From Aeropyrum pernix K1 (GTDB lineage: Archaea; Thermoproteota; Thermoprotei_A; Sulfolobales; Acidilobaceae), in contig NC_000854.2 in assembly GCF_000011125.1 (NCBI RefSeq), forward strand, positions 1,140,001 to 1,172,000: 32,000 bases of DNA, read 5' to 3'. Made by a program: the position numbers and the translations under genes. How positions within the stretch are numbered: the first letter of the stretch is position 1; every line of letters begins with the position of its first letter. Positions 1-7,656 of the stretch are shown one piece after another. Below the pieces are notes generated by a model. That model saw only the letters and a list, made by a program, of their open reading frames with translations, was not told where the DNA came from and searched no databases.

Positions 1-64
1 GCCCGGCCCAGTATGCGGGCCTCTCGAGCCCGTGACCCGGGTTCAAATCCCGGCCGCGGCACCA
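1..64 (+). tRNA. tRNA-Glu(CUC), 5' end outside the window
   Basis: Anticodon stem cgggc/gcccg with loop ctctcga (anticodon CUC). T arm ccggg-ttcaaat-cccgg, acceptor 3' strand ccgcggc, discriminator a, encoded CCA. Confidence 0.9.
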
Positions 65-163
65 TACTATTAATCTATTAACTAAACGTTTACAGCGGGG
101 CCTACTCCTTAGCCGGGTAGAGTTTGACTGTAGAGGCTATGAAGAGATTATCTCAAAACCGTC

Positions 164-655
164 TCAGGGTACAGCTCCAGCAGGCTTTATAGATATCCCG
201 TAGAAGTGTGTGATGAAGTAGTAAATCATTATTGCTGAGCCCAGAGTTGCCATGGCTCTGTTGACGGTCCTGTTACTGGATTTGAAGAGCTTAAGCGCGA
301 CTTTCCTCCTGGATATGGGCCAAAATGGCTGGAACTCCATGTATGTCAGGAGGTCCCCAAGTATGTGGATCCAGACTGCTGTAAAGCCCGCTACGAAGCC
401 CTCGATGAATCCCAATCCTTTGAAACCGCCCATCTCCAGGACTGCCCCGAGCAGGAGGCCCGCTACTATCGAGGCGGCGAGGTTGTGTGTATACTTCCTG
501 TGGGCTATCTCTAGAGCCAGGTCCACGTCGGGGAGTGTTGAGAGGCCTACTATGAGGAATCCTATTATCAAGGATTCAGTGGATTTTATGTCTAAAACAG
601 AATATGCTCCGAAGACTATGGCCATAGCCATTCCAAAATGCCCGTCCCTATTCAT
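164..655 (-). CDS. Membrane protein of the DUF457/YdjM-like 'metal-dependent hydrolase' family
   Basis: 163-aa ORF. TM-rich with LPDVDLAL, HRKYTHN and HILGDLLT motifs typical of DUF457 membrane proteins. Confidence 0.65.
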   Translation of the reverse strand: MNRDGHFGMAMAIVFGAYSVLDIKSTESLIIGFLIVGLSTLPDVDLALEIAHRKYTHNLAASIVAGLLLGAVLEMGGFKGLGFIEGFVAGFTAVWIHILGDLLTYMEFQPFWPISRRKVALKLFKSSNRTVNRAMATLGSAIMIYYFITHFYGISIKPAGAVP

Positions 656-809
656 AATCCTATTGAACCCTTAGTACATATAGCCAAGTTAATTATGTTT
701 TAAACCTTACCGTACAATATACGCTGCTTGCCGTGAAGCAGCGGCCAGGCTATGGAAGCCTCCAGCATTAATTCCTCCCGCAGTCCCGGGATATGCGTGG
801 GTCTAAGCT

Positions 810-2486
810 GTGGCAAGGCGGATATCAATAGAGAGTGTGCTCCGCAGGATAGACGGTAGGGGGTATAAGGCGTATAAGGATTTAACCGGCGCCTCCGAGG
901 ACCTCGGCAGGCTGGAGATCAGGGTTACCAGGGTTCAGGGCGATCCCTTCGCGCCCCCCAGCGTGGTCGAGGTTTATGTAAGGGGTGTCAGCCCCCCGGC
1001 TGGAGCCCATCCCGTGCCCTACGCGGACTATGTTCACAGGCTCCTGAGCAGAGTCCTGCCACGTTACTCGATGAGGGGCGTGGGAGAGGGGGGTAGCGGC
1101 AAGCTCTCAGTACCAACACCCTCCCCCATAATCATACCCAGGAGTGCTGTGGAGGCCCAGCCCCGGGGAGACGGTGTGTGGAGCCTCCTCTTAAGGGTGT
1201 GGGTTGGCCTACCTTCTAGGGGTAGAAGGGTTCTTGGGAGGGCTGCGAGGGAGCTCCTGCTTGAGAGGCTGCCCAAGGCTGTGCTAACAGTTCTCGAGGG
1301 GCTCAAGGGCGGTGGAGTGGAGCAACATATCACGGTGTGGAAAGACCAGGAGCACATTAGGTCTAGGCTGGAGGATATGGGTCTCTACGCGTTCGTGGGC
1401 GACGGCTCTATACTTCCTAGGAAGTGCGGTGGCTGTTGGGAGCCGCTGGAGGATGCTGTTCCCTTCGAGAGCCCGCCTAGCATGAGGGTCGAGATAGAGC
1501 TGCCGAGCGGGAAGGTCGTCAGCGGCATGGGGCTGCCGAGGGGCGTCACAACGATAACAGGCCCCGCGTTCCACGGTAAGACGACGCTGGCGGAGGCTAT
1601 AGCCCAGGGTGTTTGGAACCACATACCCGGCGACGGCAGGGAGCTTGTTGTGAGCGACCACATGCTAGCGTATGTGGAGAGCGAGAACGGGAGGTGGGTT
1701 TCCTGCGTCGACGCATCACCCTTCATAGAGGCCCTGCCGGGGGGAGCTGACACCCGGTGCTTCACAACTCCAGACGCCAGCGGTGCAACGAGTATAGCGG
1801 CTTCTATCCAGGAGTACGTGGAGGCCGGCGCCTCGGGGGTGCTGTTCGACGAGGACCAGACTGCGACAAACATAATACACAGGGACGTGTGGGCCGAGGA
1901 GATCACAGGAAAGAGGACTGTAAACCCTCTCAGCGACATGGCCCCCAGCATGAAGAAGGCAGGCTTGTCTATGATAGCGGTGGCGAGCGGCGCCATGCCC
2001 CTTCTCGAGAGTTCCGACAGGATAGTGGTTATGGACGAGTTTAGAGCTAGGGACGCTACTGAAAAGAGGATGGAGGCCTCCAGGGTTCTAAGAGAGATGG
2101 GCTATAGGAGGGCCGCCAAAGAGTACACACGGCCTTCCGGGCGGGTGGTGGCTGAGGCTAGGGTTCTAGAGAAGCCCAAGGTTAAGGGTTTCGTTGCTGA
2201 GGCTCGAAACCTGAAGGACAGGATAGACCTAAGGCCCCTCAAGCAGGTTGAGGAGGAGCAGCAGCTGTCCACAGCGTTAAGGGCGGCCAGCGTGATAGCA
2301 TCTAGGAAAAACGCCAGCATCGCTGGTCTAGCGAGAGAGATCTCCAGCAGGCTCTGGAGGTGGGACTACAGCATCATAACCTCCAGGCCGGGGCCGGAGC
2401 TGTCTTATGTTAGACCTCTTGAGATAGCATTCATGGTCAACAGGATCCCTGGCCTCCGCGCGTGCTACGGCCGCTACTGCCTCTAG
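810..2486 (+). CDS. Predicted ATPase of the ABC class (COG3044-like)
   Basis: 558-aa ORF with GTG start. Walker A-like GPAFHGKTTLAEAI, Walker B-like SGVLFDEDQTATN, and SDHMLAYVE/ERNG-type segments of this family. Confidence 0.8.
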   Translation: MARRISIESVLRRIDGRGYKAYKDLTGASEDLGRLEIRVTRVQGDPFAPPSVVEVYVRGVSPPAGAHPVPYADYVHRLLSRVLPRYSMRGVGEGGSGKLSVPTPSPIIIPRSAVEAQPRGDGVWSLLLRVWVGLPSRGRRVLGRAARELLLERLPKAVLTVLEGLKGGGVEQHITVWKDQEHIRSRLEDMGLYAFVGDGSILPRKCGGCWEPLEDAVPFESPPSMRVEIELPSGKVVSGMGLPRGVTTITGPAFHGKTTLAEAIAQGVWNHIPGDGRELVVSDHMLAYVESENGRWVSCVDASPFIEALPGGADTRCFTTPDASGATSIAASIQEYVEAGASGVLFDEDQTATNIIHRDVWAEEITGKRTVNPLSDMAPSMKKAGLSMIAVASGAMPLLESSDRIVVMDEFRARDATEKRMEASRVLREMGYRRAAKEYTRPSGRVVAEARVLEKPKVKGFVAEARNLKDRIDLRPLKQVEEEQQLSTALRAASVIASRKNASIAGLAREISSRLWRWDYSIITSRPGPELSYVRPLEIAFMVNRIPGLRACYGRYCL

Positions 2487-2953
2487 CTGAGCACTATTAG
2501 AACCCCGATCAGTGCTAGGGAGAAACCGGCTATTGAGAATACACCATTGAGCACAGGGTCGTCCCATCTCCCCATAGGTATAGATATCCTCCTACCGAGA
2601 AGCCAAACGCCCGTGGGGTTCAATGCATCCAGAAACAGGTGGCTAAGACCAGAGGCTAGGAAGACGGCAGCACCGCCCAACTCGCACTCCAGGCTGCCCC
2701 CGGCGACATAGCCAGCCACTAAACCGGCAGCAGCCGAGAGGGGGGTTAGGGTTTCGACGCTGTGGAGTATCCTCGTCCGGAGGCTGAAGGCTTGGACAGT
2801 CTCGTGGGACAGCCTGTCGATAGCCACATGGATCCCGGCTGAGGCTAGAACCAGAGGAACAAGGCAGGACCTGCCGAGGCCGATTTCAGCGGCTGCAGCC
2901 GCGGCTAGGATGGCAACGCCTAGGCCAAAAACGATGTGGGTCTCGGTCTTCAA
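2483..2953 (-). CDS. Small membrane protein, DUF1286-like
   Basis: 156-aa TM-rich ORF with THIVFGLGV, IHVAIDRLSHE, RTRILHSVE and LSHLFLDALNPTG motifs. Confidence 0.6.
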   Translation of the reverse strand: MKTETHIVFGLGVAILAAAAAAEIGLGRSCLVPLVLASAGIHVAIDRLSHETVQAFSLRTRILHSVETLTPLSAAAGLVAGYVAGGSLECELGGAAVFLASGLSHLFLDALNPTGVWLLGRRISIPMGRWDDPVLNGVFSIAGFSLALIGVLIVLS

Positions 2954-2967
2954 CCCGTCTTGCCCCT

Positions 2968-3954
2968 CTAGGCTAGGAGGGCTAGTATGTCGCCTATCCC
3001 GAATATCCTGCCCAGCACATCTCCGAATATATATGCCGCAGCAGCAGTTCCGAAGAGTACGCCTAGGTTCTCCACAATCTCCCTTCTAAAGCTAGTCTCG
3101 TTGATAACGCTGCTGTAGAATACGAATATGGATATCAACGCGACGGCGAGCATAACACTAGCCACAAAAGCAAGTATGTTTGAGTGGGTTATAAAGTACG
3201 GCAGAGCTAGGGTGACCACAGCGAAGAAGTATGCAATCCCTGTGGCTATAGCCGACGGTAGAGGGGCTGTTGTGCTCGACTCGTGCTTAGCCTGAAGATA
3301 AGCTGCAGCAGCCATAGATATTGCTGCGGAGAGTCCTACTATGAGGCCAGCCACGCCCGCCACCAGGGTTGTGGCGGTTGCCCCGAGGAACCCGGCGTGG
3401 ACCCCTGTGATCTCCACAATAGCGTCGGCGAGCCCTAGAGCTATAAAACCTAGGTATCTCACAATGCTCTCGTTAATCCTAGATATAAGATAATTCTCGT
3501 GGCTTATCTCGTCCTCTATAATCTCTTCCAGCCTTCTCCTAGTCTCGCCCTCGAGATGTTCTAGGAACCTCTTGTACGACTCTATGACCTCTTTCTCATG
3601 CCTCTCGAGAAACTTGACTGTGAATGTAACCCCCATTATCCTCCTCATGAAACCCAGAACTGCAAGCCTAATCCTGGAAACGTTAACCTTGCAATCGCTC
3701 CCCACTAGCTCCTTCCAGAACTCGTAGTGGCGGTACTCCTGCTCGGCCATCTCCCTCAATATCCTACGGTTTTCCTCATCTCCCTCAATGCTTGATAGGT
3801 AGCTGTACACAACATAGTCTATATACTCGTCCTCGCAGAACCTCCTAGCCTCATGGCGATGCTCTCCTGTCAACACCTCAAACCACCCTTCCTTGATCCT
3901 GATGCCTGGCCCGTCTACAGGGCTTCCAAACCCTATTTTACACCTGTGATACAC
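2968..3954 (-). CDS. Ferritin/rubrerythrin-like domain fused to a VIT1/CCC1-family membrane transporter
   Basis: N-terminal E-rich helices (EMAEQEYRHYEFW, EEIIEDEISHENYL), then LGLADAIVEITGVHAGFLGATATTLVAGVAGLIVGLSAAISMAAAAYLQ typical of VIT1. True start may be downstream. Confidence 0.8.
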   Translation of the reverse strand: MYHRCKIGFGSPVDGPGIRIKEGWFEVLTGEHRHEARRFCEDEYIDYVVYSYLSSIEGDEENRRILREMAEQEYRHYEFWKELVGSDCKVNVSRIRLAVLGFMRRIMGVTFTVKFLERHEKEVIESYKRFLEHLEGETRRRLEEIIEDEISHENYLISRINESIVRYLGFIALGLADAIVEITGVHAGFLGATATTLVAGVAGLIVGLSAAISMAAAAYLQAKHESSTTAPLPSAIATGIAYFFAVVTLALPYFITHSNILAFVASVMLAVALISIFVFYSSVINETSFRREIVENLGVLFGTAAAAYIFGDVLGRIFGIGDILALLA

Positions 3955-4007
3955 AGAGGCCTAAAGGATATAAGCTAGTCTCTGCTAACCAATAACAACT
4001 CTACACG

Positions 4008-4017
4008 TATAATAATT
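4008..4017 (+). promoter_or_regulatory. TATA-box-like element upstream of fumarase / candidate structured RNA
   Basis: AT-rich cgtataataattac in a GC-rich context, about 25 nt before the predicted 5' stem. Confidence 0.4.
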
Positions 4018-4035
4018 ACTTAGAGTGGAGTCTGG

Positions 4036-4135
4036 AAGCCCGCCCAGGGCCCCTATGAGCTGGCTAGACGACGCCGACGCTGCCTAGACTGCGTGGGGTA
4101 ACGGCGTGGGCGAGGGGCTCCTGGGCGGGGGTTCA
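4036..4135 (+). ncRNA. Candidate structured RNA or 5' leader of the fumarase gene
   Basis: CCCGCCCAGGGCCCCT (4039-4054) pairs with AGGGGCTCCTGGGCGGG (4113-4129) over 16 bp (one G.U) with a single bulge. Inner stem ACGCCG/CGGCGT plus ACGC/GCGT. Confidence 0.35.
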
Positions 4136-4160
4136 ACATGTGTTGTGTGGGTGTCGATTT

Positions 4161-5495
4161 ATGGGGAAGTATGTGGAGAGGGCTGTGAGGGTCTTTCTGA
4201 ATACAGGCACGAGATTTCCCGAGAGGATAGTGTGGGCTATAGGCATGGTGAAGTACTCTGCTGCGAAGGCTAACATGGAGCTCGGCCTCCTCGACGAGAA
4301 GAGGGCTTCAGCTATTATGCAGGCTGCACTTGAGGTTGCCGAGGGAAAACATAGTGACAAGATAGTGGTTGACGTGTTCCAGACGGGCAGTGGAACCGGG
4401 TTGAACATGAACGTTAACGAGGTCATAGCTGAGAGGGCTTCGGAGATAGCAGGGGTCGATGTACACCCCAATGACCACGTTAACATGAGCCAGTCAAGCA
4501 ACGACGTCATACCAACCGCGATAAGGTTGGCCGCTGCCTCTGCGGTCCTCAGCGAGCTGGTACCCTCGCTCGAGACTATCATAAATAGCCTGGGTAGTGC
4601 TGAGGCGAAGTATGCAAGAGTAGTGAAGCCGGGTCGCACGCACCTCCGTGACGCTCTCCCCGTAACCTTCGGCCAGGAGATGGGGGCTTTCAAAGACGCG
4701 TTCTCAAAGGACCTAGCCATGGTCAGGGAAGCCCTAGAGGCCGTGCTGGAAGTCCCTCTAGGCGGCACAGCTGTGGGCACGGGGATTAACGCCCACCCGG
4801 AATACCCTCGCAGGGCTGTTTCTATACTGGCAGAAAAGACTGGTATACCAGTCAAACCTGCTGCCAGCAGGTTTAGAGCTATGAGGCTGGTCACAGACCT
4901 GGCCATGCTAACAGCTGCCGTTAGATCCGTGGCCATAGACCTTTGGAGGCTGTCACAGGACCTGAGGCTCATGTACAGCGGGCCCTTCACAGGGATAGCA
5001 GAGGTTGAGATACCCCAGGAGGTGCCGGGCAGCAGCATGATGCCCGGCAAGGTGAACCCCGTGACTCTAGAGGCTGCGATGCAGGCTGCCAGCTACGCCA
5101 TAGCCCTGGACAGCTCGCTAGTGCAAGCTTCCCTCCTCGGAGAGTTCGAGCTAAGCATGGGCCTCCCCCTTGCGGGCTACGCTGCGGTAAGGCAGGCCGA
5201 GATAGTGGCGGAGGCTCTTAGGAAGACGGCCGGTCTCGTCATAGGGAGGGTAGAGCCGAGGGTGGAGCGTATGAGAGAGCTTGCTGAGAGGAGTCAGGCT
5301 CTGATAACTCTAGTGGCGCCTATTATAGGGTATGAGAAGGCGGCTGAAGTCTCCAGGATGCTGTACGAGGGTAGAAGCATAAGGGAGGCTCTGAAAGCTG
5401 TGGGGCTCGGCGACGAGGCTATAGAGAAGCTGCTCGATCTTGAAAAACTAGTTAAGCCTGGAATACCAAGTCTTGAGGTCGGGCGTAAGGATTGA
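4161..5495 (+). CDS. fumC: Fumarate hydratase class II
   Basis: TGSGTGLNMNVNEVIAERA, GRTHLRDALPVT and GSSMMPGKVNPVTLEAAM signatures. ORF can extend to GTG 4140. ATG 4161 (MGKYVERAVRVFLNTGTRFP) fits crenarchaeal fumarase N-termini. Confidence 0.9.
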   Translation: MGKYVERAVRVFLNTGTRFPERIVWAIGMVKYSAAKANMELGLLDEKRASAIMQAALEVAEGKHSDKIVVDVFQTGSGTGLNMNVNEVIAERASEIAGVDVHPNDHVNMSQSSNDVIPTAIRLAAASAVLSELVPSLETIINSLGSAEAKYARVVKPGRTHLRDALPVTFGQEMGAFKDAFSKDLAMVREALEAVLEVPLGGTAVGTGINAHPEYPRRAVSILAEKTGIPVKPAASRFRAMRLVTDLAMLTAAVRSVAIDLWRLSQDLRLMYSGPFTGIAEVEIPQEVPGSSMMPGKVNPVTLEAAMQAASYAIALDSSLVQASLLGEFELSMGLPLAGYAAVRQAEIVAEALRKTAGLVIGRVEPRVERMRELAERSQALITLVAPIIGYEKAAEVSRMLYEGRSIREALKAVGLGDEAIEKLLDLEKLVKPGIPSLEVGRKD

Positions 5496-5920
5496 AAGTT
5501 GCTGTTATACGCGCTGAGCACGGGAGAGTCGAGGAGAGTCTAGTATTCGAGGCGAGGCTAGAAGAGGTTGTCAAGGATATGGCCAGGCACGCCCTTGAAG
5601 AGTGGGATCCCGGGAGCAGCGATTTCCTGGTTATAAGAGACGACATAGAGGTAACCGTTGTGGGCGATGTTGAGGAGGATGTTCTGAAGGAGCTTGAGGC
5701 GCAGGGCCGAGTCGAGGGTGAGGGCGGGGAGACGAGGGTCCTCGTGCCTATATACTACATAAGCTTCGACAACGAGATGATCGACGACGAAAACTACATA
5801 GACAAGAGGATACTAGTCATAGCCCCCCTAGTGTATAAGGGTTTCAAAGACGAGCTTGAAGCCCACGCTGCCAGCATGACCGCACCGCCCCAGCGTCCAG
5901 GCGGGATCAAGAAAGTTTGA
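5492..5920 (+). CDS. Conserved crenarchaeal protein of unknown function, possibly DUF2286
   Basis: 142-aa ORF starting TTG, overlapping the fumC stop by 4 nt. Family assignment is from memory of the family and uncertain. Confidence 0.6.
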   Translation: MKVAVIRAEHGRVEESLVFEARLEEVVKDMARHALEEWDPGSSDFLVIRDDIEVTVVGDVEEDVLKELEAQGRVEGEGGETRVLVPIYYISFDNEMIDDENYIDKRILVIAPLVYKGFKDELEAHAASMTAPPQRPGGIKKV

Positions 5921-6015
5921 ACCATGTAGGAGGCCTGGCTCGAACCACATTCTTAATTAGGTCTGCCACACCCAGATTCTAGAGGCTGTGACGACCTGAA
6001 AGGGGAGGAGGAGCC

Positions 6016-6399
6016 ATGAGTAAGCCTATATATGTGAGGTTCGAGGTTCCGGAGGACCTAGCCGAGAAGGCTTATGAAGCCGTTAAGCGTGCAAGGGAGA
6101 CGGGCAGGATAAAGAAGGGGACGAACGAGACTACAAAAGCCGTGGAGAGGGGTCTCGCCAAGCTAGTTGTGATAGCAGAGGACGTGGACCCGCCGGAGAT
6201 AGTCATGCATCTGCCGCTTCTCTGCGACGAGAAGAAGATACCCTACGTCTATGTACCCAGCAAGAAGAGGTTAGGCGAAGCCGCCGGTATAGAAGTAGCA
6301 GCGGCAAGCGTCGCTATAATCGAGCCGGGAGACGCCGAGACCCTAGTAAGGGAGATTGTTGAGAAAGTGAAGGAGCTTCGAGCAAAGGCCGGTGTATAA
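6016..6399 (+). CDS. rpl7ae: Ribosomal protein L7Ae / box C/D and H/ACA RNP kink-turn protein
   Basis: [66 protein letters not shown] is canonical L7Ae. GGAGGAG Shine-Dalgarno-like sequence upstream. Confidence 0.97.
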   Translation: MSKPIYVRFEVPEDLAEKAYEAVKRARETGRIKKGTNETTKAVERGLAKLVVIAEDVDPPEIVMHLPLLCDEKKIPYVYVPSKKRLGEAAGIEVAAASVAIIEPGDAETLVREIVEKVKELRAKAGV

Positions 6400-6560
6400 A
6401 CTCGCGAGACAGAATATTAGCCTAGCTCGCAATCCTGTTTTAACCCATTTCGCTTTCTTTTATAACCCTCTAACTGGGATATTAATCTTTTTCAGGCTGT
6501 AGCCCCTTTCCCCGTTAAACAGAACATCTTCAACCACTTGAGGCAAGGTGACTCCAGCGC

Positions 6561-7652
6561 ATGTATAACGCTGCTCTACCCTGTAGAACCGCCGATTGGG
6601 CTCTTGAGGAGCTTCTAGGCCTTCCACACGCTAGAGGTCCTGAAGCCCTCATAATGTTCCCATGGGGCTTCAGGGTTGTGGAGTCACGTGTTGACTGGGA
6701 GGAGAGGAGAGGCTGGGTGTTGTATCTTGTCAGAAAAAGGCTGCTTAGCACGCCGACAGCCGCAAGCGTTCTGTCTAGACTGCTTGGGTGTAGGCTTTAC
6801 TCCTATGCAGGTTTGAAGGACGCCTGCTCGGTCTCGTGGCAGCACGTTTCCCTGTATAGGTGTAGGAGGAGGCCTGCCCGGGTTAAAGCTTACAACGGCA
6901 GGATGGAGGCATGGCTCCTGAAGAGAGGGGTCTATGTATACCCTGGAGGCCATAAGGGAAACATGTTCAGTATACGGCTCGAGACGCGGGGTGGTTGCAG
7001 AGCTTCGAGGCTAGGGTGGATTCCGGCTCACTATGGCCCCCAGCGTTTCGGGGTATTCAGGCCCAACAGCCATATTTACAGCATCCTCTATTCAACGGGG
7101 AAATGGGATCTGCTCGCCAGGGAGCTGAGGTACAGGTATCCTCTAGAGCGGAGGATAGGCCCGGGGGATTACGAGTCGAGGATTCTAGCGGACATATCTA
7201 GGGGCCTAGCCCCCCCTCTGGGGCAGCGTTTAGACAGCATTATAGCAGAGGCTCTGAGAAGCTACATATTCAATAGAGCCCTTACACGTGCGATTGAGCT
7301 AGGAGCGAGCTTTTGGTCTCTAGCCGAGTTTGAGGCCGACACCGTCTGCGGCAGCAAGACGTACAAGGTCCCGGCTGTCAGGCTCCCCTCCAGGCTACTC
7401 TATAACACCCGTACTAGCTGGTCGAGGCTTGTAGCCAGGGTTATGGAGGAGGATGGAATAGATCCAGGTATTCTACCCTCGAGAGGCGGATGGAGGCCCC
7501 TCCTCTACCCGGTCTGCAGGTATCGCTGTAGACGTGTAGGCGACTCTGAGCTATCCATACACCTCCACCTCCCGCCAGGGGCTTTCGCAACAATAGCCTT
7601 ACTCGCTCACTACGCTATACTCTGGATGGACTCCTACGCCGACTGCTCGTAG
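6561..7652 (+). CDS. truD: tRNA pseudouridine synthase TruD/Pus7 family
   Basis: YAGLKDACSVSWQ (catalytic Asp motif), GHKGNMFSIRLE, HYGPQRFG and LPPGAFATI motifs. Confidence 0.85.
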   Translation: MYNAALPCRTADWALEELLGLPHARGPEALIMFPWGFRVVESRVDWEERRGWVLYLVRKRLLSTPTAASVLSRLLGCRLYSYAGLKDACSVSWQHVSLYRCRRRPARVKAYNGRMEAWLLKRGVYVYPGGHKGNMFSIRLETRGGCRASRLGWIPAHYGPQRFGVFRPNSHIYSILYSTGKWDLLARELRYRYPLERRIGPGDYESRILADISRGLAPPLGQRLDSIIAEALRSYIFNRALTRAIELGASFWSLAEFEADTVCGSKTYKVPAVRLPSRLLYNTRTSWSRLVARVMEEDGIDPGILPSRGGWRPLLYPVCRYRCRRVGDSELSIHLHLPPGAFATIALLAHYAILWMDSYADCS

Positions 7653-7656
7653 AGTT

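Noticed and set aside
209-240. Box C-like GTGATGA followed by CTGA suggesting a C/D sRNA
   Set aside because: Inside a coding ORF, spacing to the CTGA is too long, and there is no second C'/D' pair. Consistent with chance.
1385-1996. 203-aa minus-strand ORF opposite the ABC-class ATPase
   Set aside because: The plus strand encodes Walker motifs. The antisense product has no recognisable domain.
4138-4188. Alternative frame MCCVGVDLWGSMWRGL* that resembles the LWG(A)QT motif at the N-terminus of longer fumarases, suggesting a frameshifted start
   Set aside because: Crenarchaeal fumarases, as I recall them, begin near the (M)xKYxxxAxxxFxNTGTxFP segment present at ATG 4161, so no frameshift is needed. 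The similarity is likely chance.
4133-5050. Long minus-strand ORF (305 aa) opposite fumarase
   Set aside because: Shadow ORF in a GC-rich gene. The plus strand carries clear fumarase motifs and the minus product resembles nothing known.
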